From positions 16,864 through 80,863 of the forward strand of contig JAACWA010000010.1 of assembly GCA_009992175.1 (NCBI GenBank): a DNA stretch of 64,000 nucleotides, given 5' to 3'. Made by a program: the position numbers and the translations under genes. Under the pieces are notes generated by a model. That model was not told the origin of the DNA. It made no database searches and saw only the letters and a list, made by a program, of their open reading frames with translations. Positions 48,037-56,018 of the stretch are shown here, piece after piece. The DNA is from an archaeon (GTDB taxonomy: Archaea > Nanobdellota > Nanobdellia > Pacearchaeales > GW2011-AR1). Position 1 is the first letter of the stretch, and each line of letters begins with the position of its first letter.

Positions 48037-48429
48037 ATGCCTAAACAAAATGAACTTTCTAAATTTTTAAAATATGCATTAGTGGGGTTTATTGGAATCT
48101 TGGTAAATCTTTTATTTTTGTATCTTTTTACGGAAATTTTTAAGATGTATTATCTTTTTTCTTCAGTAATCTCTTTCTCGATTGCAACTTTTCACAATTT
48201 TTTTATAAATAAAGTTTGGACTTTTAAGGAAAATGTGAAAGATAAAGTTTTCTCAAAAGGGACTAAATTTTTTATTATTTCAGGAATTTCCCTTTTAGTC
48301 AATACTTTCTTTTTGTATCTTTTTACGGATATTTTTGGAGTTTATTATATTTTTTCTCAAATACTTGCTAGTGGATTTACTCTCATTACAAATTTTACTG
48401 GAAATAGACTTTGGACTTTTAAGAATTAA
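48037..48429 (+). CDS. GtrA-family membrane protein
   Basis: Four TM; LSKFLKYALVGFIGILVNLLFLYLFTEIF. Confidence 0.7.
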   Translation: MPKQNELSKFLKYALVGFIGILVNLLFLYLFTEIFKMYYLFSSVISFSIATFHNFFINKVWTFKENVKDKVFSKGTKFFIISGISLLVNTFFLYLFTDIFGVYYIFSQILASGFTLITNFTGNRLWTFKN

Positions 48430-48912
48430 TTTTTCATAATTTCTTTTGCAATTCGGGGAGTTGAGCGATAGATATAATCCACTACTTTTTCAGACCATTC
48501 TTCATATTCTTTTTGTTTTTTTTCTTCGCTTTTGTTCATTTTTTTAAGTGAAGGATATTCTTCTTCTAAATCTAAAATTCCAGTGTTTTTGTTATAAGCT
48601 AATTTATTAAAAAGAATTGATTCATTTCCAAAGTGATCTTTTATTAATTTTTTATGATTTTTTCCCATGGAAATAATCATATCACTTTCCATTATTAATT
48701 TTTTATTTATTTTTTTATGGTGGTGTTTAAATATGATTCCATATTTTTTTAGTTCTTTTCTTGTAAATTTATTGGGGGTTTCTTTCGAATTTTTAATTCC
48801 AGCAGAATTTACTTTAATTCCTTTTATTTTTTTTAAGATAATCTTTTAAACACTTTTCTGCAGACATGCTTCTAAAAGTATTTCCACTGCATACAAATAA
48901 AATTTTTTTCAT
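48426..48912 (-). pseudogene. low-molecular-weight protein-tyrosine phosphatase / ArsC-like, frameshifted in an A8 run
   Basis: MKKILFVCSGNTFRSMSAEK... (CX5R P-loop) ends after about 32 aa. The adjacent frame continues ...GIKVNSAGI... into the 88-aa ORF. Confidence 0.5.
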
Positions 48913-48913
48913 T

Positions 48914-49414
48914 TTAGAAAATTTTTATCCATTTATTTTTTGGAATTGTTGAATCGTTGCAATGGTATACCTTATGGGTAACCTGATTAAACATCCCTTT
49001 AAGATCCATTCCAGTATTCAAGACTACTTCCTCTTCTTCAGGGGAAATTTTTAGTTGTGGGGGTTTAAACATCGTAGGAGAATATCCAAAACACCCTTTA
49101 AACTCATTCATTCCTTCTTCTAAATCCTCTTTTTTTATTTCGTTATTAAATTCTTCATAGGTATGGTGAATTCCATGCATTCCAATTGTTTTATTTAGGG
49201 ATAAAATTTCTTCACACCATTTTTCATTTTTTTCAATAGGATTGTTCTCAAAATTTGGGATAACCCACAAGATATTTGGATTATAAATTTCTAATTCTGG
49301 ACAGGAGATTCCCGGAGTTACATCATCTAATTCGGTAGGGCTTAAGAGACGAATCCATAAAAGAATAAAAATTAATAGAAGAGGAATTATCCAAAATAAA
49401 TGAACTCTTTTCAT
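48914..49414 (-). CDS. hypothetical secreted protein
   Basis: N-terminal signal/TM MKRVHLFWIIPLLLIFILLW. Confidence 0.4.
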   Translation of the reverse strand: MKRVHLFWIIPLLLIFILLWIRLLSPTELDDVTPGISCPELEIYNPNILWVIPNFENNPIEKNEKWCEEILSLNKTIGMHGIHHTYEEFNNEIKKEDLEEGMNEFKGCFGYSPTMFKPPQLKISPEEEEVVLNTGMDLKGMFNQVTHKVYHCNDSTIPKNKWIKIF

Positions 49415-49483
49415 TTCTAATTAAAGGATTATTAGGTTAAAAGAGTTTTTGTTCCCCTCAAATTTTAAAAACGCAGTTCTCTT

Positions 49484-50065
49484 TTGATTTTAATGGAAAT
49501 GACAAAAAAAACCATCGATGAAATTGATTGGTCTAAGGAAAAAGAGAATATGAAATTAGTTGAAGCAATATTTTTTGTTTCAGGGCGTTTTTTATCTATG
49601 CAAGACTTGATTTCTCTTTCTAATTTAAATTCCCTAGTGATAAAAGAATCAATTGAAAAATTAAAAGATAAATATTCAAAAGAGGATTCAGCTCTTGAAA
49701 TTATTGAAAGAGACAATCTTTGGAAGATGGATGTAAGGCCGGAATATCACAATATAATAAACAAACTTGCTACAGGTTCTGCTGAATTTTCAAAGTCAGA
49801 ACAAGAAACACTTGCAATAATTGCATATAAACAACCAATAAAGCAATCCGTTATAATAAAAATAAGAGGAAATAAAGCTTATGACCATATTCATAAATTT
49901 GCTCAGCTAGGACTTATAAAAAGTAAAAAAGAAGGCCACACTAATCTTCTCACCCTTTCAGATGAATTCTATGATTATTTTAATGTTTCAACAGAGAGAA
50001 GAAATCCTCTGAAAAAAAATATAGAAAGTCTTGAAGAAGAGAGTGGTGGGCAGGAGGAAGAGTAG
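49484..50065 (+). CDS. scpB: segregation and condensation protein B
   Basis: VEAIFFVSG..LS; ETLAIIAYKQPIKQSVIIKIRG (tandem wH). Confidence 0.7.
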   Translation: MILMEMTKKTIDEIDWSKEKENMKLVEAIFFVSGRFLSMQDLISLSNLNSLVIKESIEKLKDKYSKEDSALEIIERDNLWKMDVRPEYHNIINKLATGSAEFSKSEQETLAIIAYKQPIKQSVIIKIRGNKAYDHIHKFAQLGLIKSKKEGHTNLLTLSDEFYDYFNVSTERRNPLKKNIESLEEESGGQEEE

Positions 50066-51313
50066 ATGGATTTCATTACTTATGTTTATTTGGGATATAC
50101 TTTTATTTCATTGTATTTTTTATTTTTGTTTATTTTATTGTACTTGCAAGGAAAAAAAGAAATGCTTTTTACCCCTCTCTTGACAAAAAAATATTCAATT
50201 AGTTTTGTTGTTCCTTGTTATAATGAGGAATCAAGTATTGGTAAGACCATTGAAAACTTGGTGAATAATGGATATTCCAATTTGAAAAAAATAATTGTTG
50301 TTGATGATTGTTCAACGGACAATTCATATAATCTGATTAAAGAATACCAAAAAAAATATCCAAGATTAGTTCAGGCTGTCCAAACTCCAAAAAATACTGG
50401 AAATGCTGCTGGTGCTAAAAATTATGGAGCTCAATTTGTAAAGACTGAATTAATTGCTTTTACTGATGCGGATAGTTTTCCTGAGAAGGGATCTATTGAA
50501 AAAATGATTGGTTATTTTGATGATTCAGAAATGGGGGTTGTTGTTGGTTCAATTTTAGTTCAAAATAGGGGTAACTTTTTGACTAAGCTTCAGTATATTG
50601 AATATATTATTATTAAATTTTCTAGAAAATTAATGGAATTTATTGATGTTATTTTTGTTACTCCCGGACCTTTGGTAATTTATCGGAAGAAAATTTTTGA
50701 TAAAATTGGGGGGTTTGATGACAAGAATATGACTGAGGACTTGGAAATTACATGGAACATAATTTCTCATGGGTATAAGGTTAAAATGAATGCTCCAGCA
50801 AGGGTTTATACTATTGCTCCAGAAAAGTGGAAAGAATGGTTTAATCAAAGAATTAGGTGGAATGTAGGAGGATATCAGGCAATGATTAAGTATAGAAAAA
50901 GATATTTTGATTCTGGGATGTTAGGTTTTTTTATAATGCCTATGTTTCTTCTTTATTGGTTTATTAGTCTTTTTGGGTTAGCTTTAGTGGGGTATAGACT
51001 TCTTACTTGGGCAATTTCAAAGTATCTTTCATTTAGCTATTCTGCTCAAGGAAATGTTGCTTTAATTGCTTTAAATGAATTCTCCTTTAATCCAGATATT
51101 CTTTTTTTCTTTGGAATTTTTTTATTTGGATTTAGTATAGTTTTTACTTTATTAGGATACTTTGACCATAAAGAAGAAAGAAAAAATAGAAAAGGTTTTA
51201 AAAAACCAGGCTTCTTTATTATGTCAGTCTATATGATTGTTTACTTGGCGTTATATCCAGTAATAATGGTTATTTCAATGTATAGATTTTTTAGGAAGAA
51301 GATGGTTTGGTAG
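50066..51313 (+). CDS. processive family-2 glycosyltransferase (cellulose/chitin synthase-like)
   Basis: SFVVPCYNEE, VVDDCSTDNS, FTDADSFP (DxD), QRIRW (QxxRW), flanking TMs. Confidence 0.8.
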   Translation: MDFITYVYLGYTFISLYFLFLFILLYLQGKKEMLFTPLLTKKYSISFVVPCYNEESSIGKTIENLVNNGYSNLKKIIVVDDCSTDNSYNLIKEYQKKYPRLVQAVQTPKNTGNAAGAKNYGAQFVKTELIAFTDADSFPEKGSIEKMIGYFDDSEMGVVVGSILVQNRGNFLTKLQYIEYIIIKFSRKLMEFIDVIFVTPGPLVIYRKKIFDKIGGFDDKNMTEDLEITWNIISHGYKVKMNAPARVYTIAPEKWKEWFNQRIRWNVGGYQAMIKYRKRYFDSGMLGFFIMPMFLLYWFISLFGLALVGYRLLTWAISKYLSFSYSAQGNVALIALNEFSFNPDILFFFGIFLFGFSIVFTLLGYFDHKEERKNRKGFKKPGFFIMSVYMIVYLALYPVIMVISMYRFFRKKMVW

Positions 51314-51345
51314 TTTATTGGAAAAAACTGTAAAATTATAATAAA

Positions 51346-52023
51346 ATGGAAAGACAAAAAATAGAAAATAAAAAAATGAATAGAAAGTGGGTATTCTTTC
51401 AAGCATTTTTGTTGACGGTAGTTGTTTTAGTTATTGGTTTGTATGCCGGAATTTCTTTTGAAGAAGGTAGGTTTGAAAAGGTAAATGGTTATTATCTTCA
51501 ATCAGAGGTCTCTTTAGTAGATATTCTCGCTTTGAATAATTTAGTTGGGATGAGTGACCTTTCTTGTTTAGAACTTGAGAATGCAAATGTTGATTTATTA
51601 AATAGGGTTTATGAAGAGGCAAGTTTGCTTGATCAATATGAGGAATCGGGCAAATTGACCCAAAATTTGGTAACTTTTCATAAAAAATATGATATTTTAA
51701 GGACTTACTTATGGATAAATTCTATTAAAATAAAGGAAATTTGCCCCGATAAACTCCACACTTTGGTTTATCTGTATAATCATGATGAAGAAGATTTAAC
51801 TAAAAGGGCTGAGCAGAATGTATGGTCCAAACTCCTTCTCGAAATAAAAAATGAAAATCCTCATGCTGTTTTAATTTCAATAGCAAGGGATAGTAATTTA
51901 GTTTCTTTAAATTCTTTAATCGAACAATACAATATTACTAGTTTTCCAGCAGTAGTAGTTGATGAAAAATCTGTTTTTGAAAAAATTACTCCTAAGGAAG
52001 AAATTGTTAATTTGATTAATTAA
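51346..52023 (+). CDS. membrane-anchored hypothetical protein with thioredoxin-like C-terminus
   Basis: N-terminal TM; C-terminal ...YNITSFPAVVVDEKSVFEK resembles a Trx-fold beta-strand region but lacks a clear CxxC. Confidence 0.3.
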   Translation: MERQKIENKKMNRKWVFFQAFLLTVVVLVIGLYAGISFEEGRFEKVNGYYLQSEVSLVDILALNNLVGMSDLSCLELENANVDLLNRVYEEASLLDQYEESGKLTQNLVTFHKKYDILRTYLWINSIKIKEICPDKLHTLVYLYNHDEEDLTKRAEQNVWSKLLLEIKNENPHAVLISIARDSNLVSLNSLIEQYNITSFPAVVVDEKSVFEKITPKEEIVNLIN

Positions 52024-52072
52024 TCAAATTAAACACAATAATCTTAAAAAAGAGGTTAATTGTTCTTTATTT

Positions 52073-52837
52073 ATGAATGAGTGTTATTTATGTGGTGTAA
52101 CTAAGGATAAGGCAGTTTTGTATGAGGGAATATACAAATCTAGGGGAATTATACATGTTTGTCGTAAGTGTTATTTTAAGGAAAAAATTCCGTTAGTTGA
52201 TAAAAAAGATATCAAAATAGAGAGAAAAAATTCTCATGAAAGTGTAAGGGAAAGACTCTCTAGGATGGCTCATGTTGATGTTCCAAGGCACGAGGAAAAG
52301 AAAATGACTTTTAATCAGGAAGATGTCCATCTAAAAGATATAATTGAGAAAAATTTTAAGAGGGAACTTGATTCTAGTACTAGAGCTCCAGAAGATTTAA
52401 TTGATAATTTTAATTGGGTAATCATGAGAAAAAGACGTTCTTTAAAAATTTCCAAAGAGAAAGTTGCAGAAGACCTTTTTGAACCCCTTATTGCTATTGA
52501 AAGTTTAGAAAAAGGAATTCTTCCAAGGGATTACAAATCAATTATAAAGAAAATTGAAAATTATTTAAGAATAAACTTAAGAAAGAATAAGGAAGAAATT
52601 GATCACAAAGATATAATAAATGAATCAAGAATTCCAAGTGGAATCTTAGTTTCAGACTTAAAGAAAAAATCTGAAGAAAAGAGAGAGGATTATATTGATG
52701 CAAGTAATTTAGATTTGGAGAGAATAAACGAAATTTATGGAACTCCAGCTGAAAACTCCAAAAAAGAAAATTCTGACAAAAAAACTAAAACAGATTTGGA
52801 TGATGAAGATATTTCAAAACTTATCTGGGGAAAGTAA
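52073..52837 (+). CDS. zinc-ribbon + XRE-type HTH protein (MBF1-like?)
   Basis: CYLCG...CRKC, then RKRRSLKISKEKVAEDLFEPLIAIESLEKGILP (HTH_3-like). Confidence 0.35.
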   Translation: MNECYLCGVTKDKAVLYEGIYKSRGIIHVCRKCYFKEKIPLVDKKDIKIERKNSHESVRERLSRMAHVDVPRHEEKKMTFNQEDVHLKDIIEKNFKRELDSSTRAPEDLIDNFNWVIMRKRRSLKISKEKVAEDLFEPLIAIESLEKGILPRDYKSIIKKIENYLRINLRKNKEEIDHKDIINESRIPSGILVSDLKKKSEEKREDYIDASNLDLERINEIYGTPAENSKKENSDKKTKTDLDDEDISKLIWGK

Positions 52838-52885
52838 TCAGTTTATCTCAATAATTCTTATAAATTGTTTTAGTTAATCATTTCT

Positions 52886-53143
52886 ATGGCTCAAGAAGGT
52901 TGTCAATATAAGGAATTTTGCGAGGCTTACAAAAATGAATTTCGAGGTCCAGTAATAAATCCTCACTTTAAAGAATTTTGTGAATCAACTTCAAATCCAT
53001 ATCTTGGACCAAGTCTTTGCCCAATTTATAATATTTATTCTAGAGTTTTTGAGGTTATGTCAAATGAGTTGGATAGAATGAATAATGATTTGGAGAATCT
53101 CCTTTTTAAATTGGAAGATACAAATTCAAAAATAAGAGATTAA
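52886..53143 (+). CDS. hypothetical small protein; contains the second copy of the 38-bp mnmA fragment
   Basis: ORF only; see the repeat finding. Confidence 0.3.
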   Translation: MAQEGCQYKEFCEAYKNEFRGPVINPHFKEFCESTSNPYLGPSLCPIYNIYSRVFEVMSNELDRMNNDLENLLFKLEDTNSKIRD

Positions 53144-53185
53144 TCCAAACCAAACCTTTATAAATCTAAATTGGAATTTTAACAT

Positions 53186-53449
53186 ATGGAAATAAAAGTA
53201 TTAAAAAGGGAAAAAAATGAGATTGAAGCACAGTTTGATAATTTGACTTTTCCTGAACTTTTAAGGGTTTACTTGAATAAAGATTCTGCAGTTACTTTTG
53301 CTGCTTGGAAGAAAGAGCATGCAACTATGAATCCAGTACTTCTTGTTAAAACAAAAGGAAAGGATGTAAAGGCTGTTTTTGAAAAGGCAGTAAATGAGAT
53401 TATGAAAGATTTAGAGAAAATTGAAAGTGATTTTAAAGCTTTGAAGTAA
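53186..53449 (+). CDS. rpoL: RNA polymerase subunit L (Rpo11)
   Basis: NLTFPELLRVYLNKDSAVTFAAWKKEH. Confidence 0.7.
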   Translation: MEIKVLKREKNEIEAQFDNLTFPELLRVYLNKDSAVTFAAWKKEHATMNPVLLVKTKGKDVKAVFEKAVNEIMKDLEKIESDFKALK

Positions 53450-53491
53450 TTATCTAAATACTTATTAATTCTTTTTTGTGTTATTATTTTT

Positions 53492-54223
53492 ATGGAAGAA
53501 AATACTAAAATATCTACAGGAAGTTTTGATTTTAATGATTGGCTTAATGGGGGATATGAAAAAGGAGTTATTACCATGGTTGTTGGACCTCCTGGTTCCG
53601 GAAAAAGTAATTTATCAGTTCTTGCTGCATGTAGTCAAGCAAGAGAAAAAAAAGTAATTTTTGTGGATACTGAAGGAGGATTTTCAGTTGAGAGGGTGAA
53701 ACAGATTGTTGGAGAAGAGAATTCTGAAAAAATTTTAGAAAACATTCTAATTTTGAATCCAACTAATTTTTTAGAGCAGAAAAAATCTTTTTCTAAGATA
53801 CTTGAGAATATGAAAGGGGATGAAGTTGGATTAATTGTTGTTGATTCTATGGCTATGCTTTACAGACTAGAACTTGGCGATGCAATCGAAGAGGACGAAG
53901 AAGAAAAAATAAAAGAAGTTAATCGTGATGTTGCAAGACAGATGAGAACACTTGTTGAGATTTCAAGAAAAAAGAATATTCCAGTATTAATTACAAATCA
54001 AGTTTATGGAAGTTTTTTATCTTTTGAAGACATAAAAAATGGTGTTGAAAAAGAAATGAATATTGTTGGAGGAGATTTGTTTAAATATTGGAGTAAATGT
54101 ATCATTGAATTAAAGGGTGGAAGGACAAGAAAAGCTGTCCTTTTAAAACATAGAAGTCTTGACAAAAAAGATTTTCCTTTTGAAATTAGGAATGAAGGAC
54201 TTTTCAAGAAAGGATTATTTTGA
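53492..54223 (+). CDS. radB: DNA repair and recombination protein RadB
   Basis: RecA-superfamily core, Walker A GPPGSGKS, about 240 aa with no N-terminal HhH domain. Confidence 0.8.
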   Translation: MEENTKISTGSFDFNDWLNGGYEKGVITMVVGPPGSGKSNLSVLAACSQAREKKVIFVDTEGGFSVERVKQIVGEENSEKILENILILNPTNFLEQKKSFSKILENMKGDEVGLIVVDSMAMLYRLELGDAIEEDEEEKIKEVNRDVARQMRTLVEISRKKNIPVLITNQVYGSFLSFEDIKNGVEKEMNIVGGDLFKYWSKCIIELKGGRTRKAVLLKHRSLDKKDFPFEIRNEGLFKKGLF

Positions 54224-54457
54224 TTTTATTATTAGGTGTGAAATTAGGTATGAAGCCAAAATTCCCCCAATAAGGATTAAATAATTAATTTGGTGTATGT
54301 AGGGAAATCCCCATAAAGCATATATCAAAAATGAGCCCAAATTCACAGAATCGCATGGGGCCATGATGCACCTTACCCCATTGTCATAATTTATGAAAGG
54401 GATAAAAATTGCAAAAATTAAAACTGAAATTAATATTCTTTTGAAAATGATTTTCAT
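54215..54457 (-). CDS. hypothetical small membrane protein
   Basis: ORF with 2 TM. Confidence 0.3.
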   Translation of the reverse strand: MKIIFKRILISVLIFAIFIPFINYDNGVRCIMAPCDSVNLGSFLIYALWGFPYIHQINYLILIGGILASYLISHLIIKSK

Positions 54458-54572
54458 GTTAGTGGGAGTAATTTTTTCTATTTAAACTTTTTTAAGACTT
54501 CAATCTTAGTTGAAGTTTTATCACAACATAGTAACTCAAAATCCATATAAACATCTGAAGTCTAATTAAAAT

Positions 54573-55775
54573 ATGGGGGAGGTGAAATTTGGGGCTGTTG
54601 AAAAGTTAAGCAAACTTAATTTTAAATCAAGAAATTTAATTAATCTTTCAAAATTTGAAGGAGCAACACCGCCCACTGTTTTTATTGGATCCCAATTAAA
54701 GTATCCTTTAGTAAATGTAGGTATTTTGTCTCCTATTGAAAAGGTTGATGATGCGAGTGTTTTTGATAGTCCAAAAAACTGGGCTAAAGACAATTTTTCT
54801 ATTGAAGAGGTTATTGGTTTAAGAGAAAATTTACTTAATTCTAGATTTCAATCAAACGTACTTGATGTAAGACTTAATAAAAAATTTACTGAAATTGCTA
54901 AAGAAATTGCTCTTTCTCAAACTCCCGTTGATATTGAAGTTGAACTTAAGAGTAAAATTAATTTTGGTAAGAATTCTGACAGGGTATTAACTCCTCATGG
55001 TATGAGGGCTGAACTGAAAAATGCAAGAGTAACTGGAAACGTTAAGATTGATAAAAAAATTGATAGAGTTATGAGTGATGAAATAAAATCTAATGAAGGA
55101 ATAAATTATTTATATAATTCTGGAATAAATGAGTACAGTTTATCTAAAATTTTAAGTGTGGGAGTTCTGGGTTTAAAAAAAGACAAAAAAATGGTTCCAA
55201 CAAGATGGAGTATAACTGCAACGGATGACATCATTTCAAAAGAGATTCTAAAAAAAGTAAAAGGATATAAATGGATTGAAAAAGATACTCTTTTTTTTGG
55301 AGAATATCTTGGAAATCAATATTTAATTTATCTTTTTCCTAATATTTGGAGTTATGAGCTTTTTGAAATTTATTATCCAGGTTCAAGTTGGAATTCTGGA
55401 GGAGAAATTAAAGCTTCTACCGATTCTGAAGGATATAATGGAAGAACTAATTATGCTAAAAACTGTGCAGGAGGATATTATGCCACAAGGCTACCTATTT
55501 TAGAATATTTAGATTCAATAAAAAGACAAGCAGGAGTATTAGTAATTAGACTTGAAACTCCTAGTTATTGGGCTAGTCTTGGAGTGTGGGTTGTAAGAGA
55601 GAGTGTAAGGAAATCCTTTAAAGATTTTTTTGAATTTGATACTCGTGAAGATTTATTAAAAAATGCGAAAAAAATTGCTTTAGAAAAATTTGATTTTGAT
55701 CCAGAATTTATTTATCAAAAAAGTAATTTACTTAGAATATATGGAACTCAAAAAAATCTTTTGAATTGGTTTTGA
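54573..55775 (+). CDS. NreA-like DNA repair protein candidate with C-terminal PIP box
   Basis: About 400 aa, archaeal-only gene size and radB adjacency. Extreme C-terminus QKNLLNWF fits the PCNA-interacting Qxx(L/I/M)xx(F/Y/W)(F/Y) motif. The family assignment is unverified. Confidence 0.35.
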   Translation: MGEVKFGAVEKLSKLNFKSRNLINLSKFEGATPPTVFIGSQLKYPLVNVGILSPIEKVDDASVFDSPKNWAKDNFSIEEVIGLRENLLNSRFQSNVLDVRLNKKFTEIAKEIALSQTPVDIEVELKSKINFGKNSDRVLTPHGMRAELKNARVTGNVKIDKKIDRVMSDEIKSNEGINYLYNSGINEYSLSKILSVGVLGLKKDKKMVPTRWSITATDDIISKEILKKVKGYKWIEKDTLFFGEYLGNQYLIYLFPNIWSYELFEIYYPGSSWNSGGEIKASTDSEGYNGRTNYAKNCAGGYYATRLPILEYLDSIKRQAGVLVIRLETPSYWASLGVWVVRESVRKSFKDFFEFDTREDLLKNAKKIALEKFDFDPEFIYQKSNLLRIYGTQKNLLNWF

Positions 55776-55828
55776 AAACCTTTTTAACCTTTAAAAACTT
55801 AATTTTCATAAGAAGGAGGTTGATTGAA

Positions 55829-56014
55829 ATGCATTATACTAATGGTTTTTTGGCACTTGTTGCTTTAATATTTGCAATTTGGACTACAAGTTATTCTAAT
55901 ATTGTAATAATTGTTGCAACTGCTTTGATTTTAATTCATGAAATTTCACATATCTCTGGAATGTGTAGTTGTGGACCAAAGATGTCAAAAAAGACTACTA
56001 AATCAAAAAAATAA
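55829..56014 (+). CDS. small membrane protein (hypothetical)
   Basis: AGGAGG 8 nt upstream of the ATG; MHYTNGFLALVALIFAIW...CSCGPK. Confidence 0.35.
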   Translation: MHYTNGFLALVALIFAIWTTSYSNIVIIVATALILIHEISHISGMCSCGPKMSKKTTKSKK

Positions 56015-56018
56015 GTTC

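Noticed and set aside
23172-53024. The 38-bp direct repeats as attL/attR of an integrated element of about 30 kb
   Set aside because: The intervening DNA carries essential single-copy genes (mcm, tbp, lig, metG, valS, prf1, minD) and no integrase or transposase, so it is not a mobile insertion.
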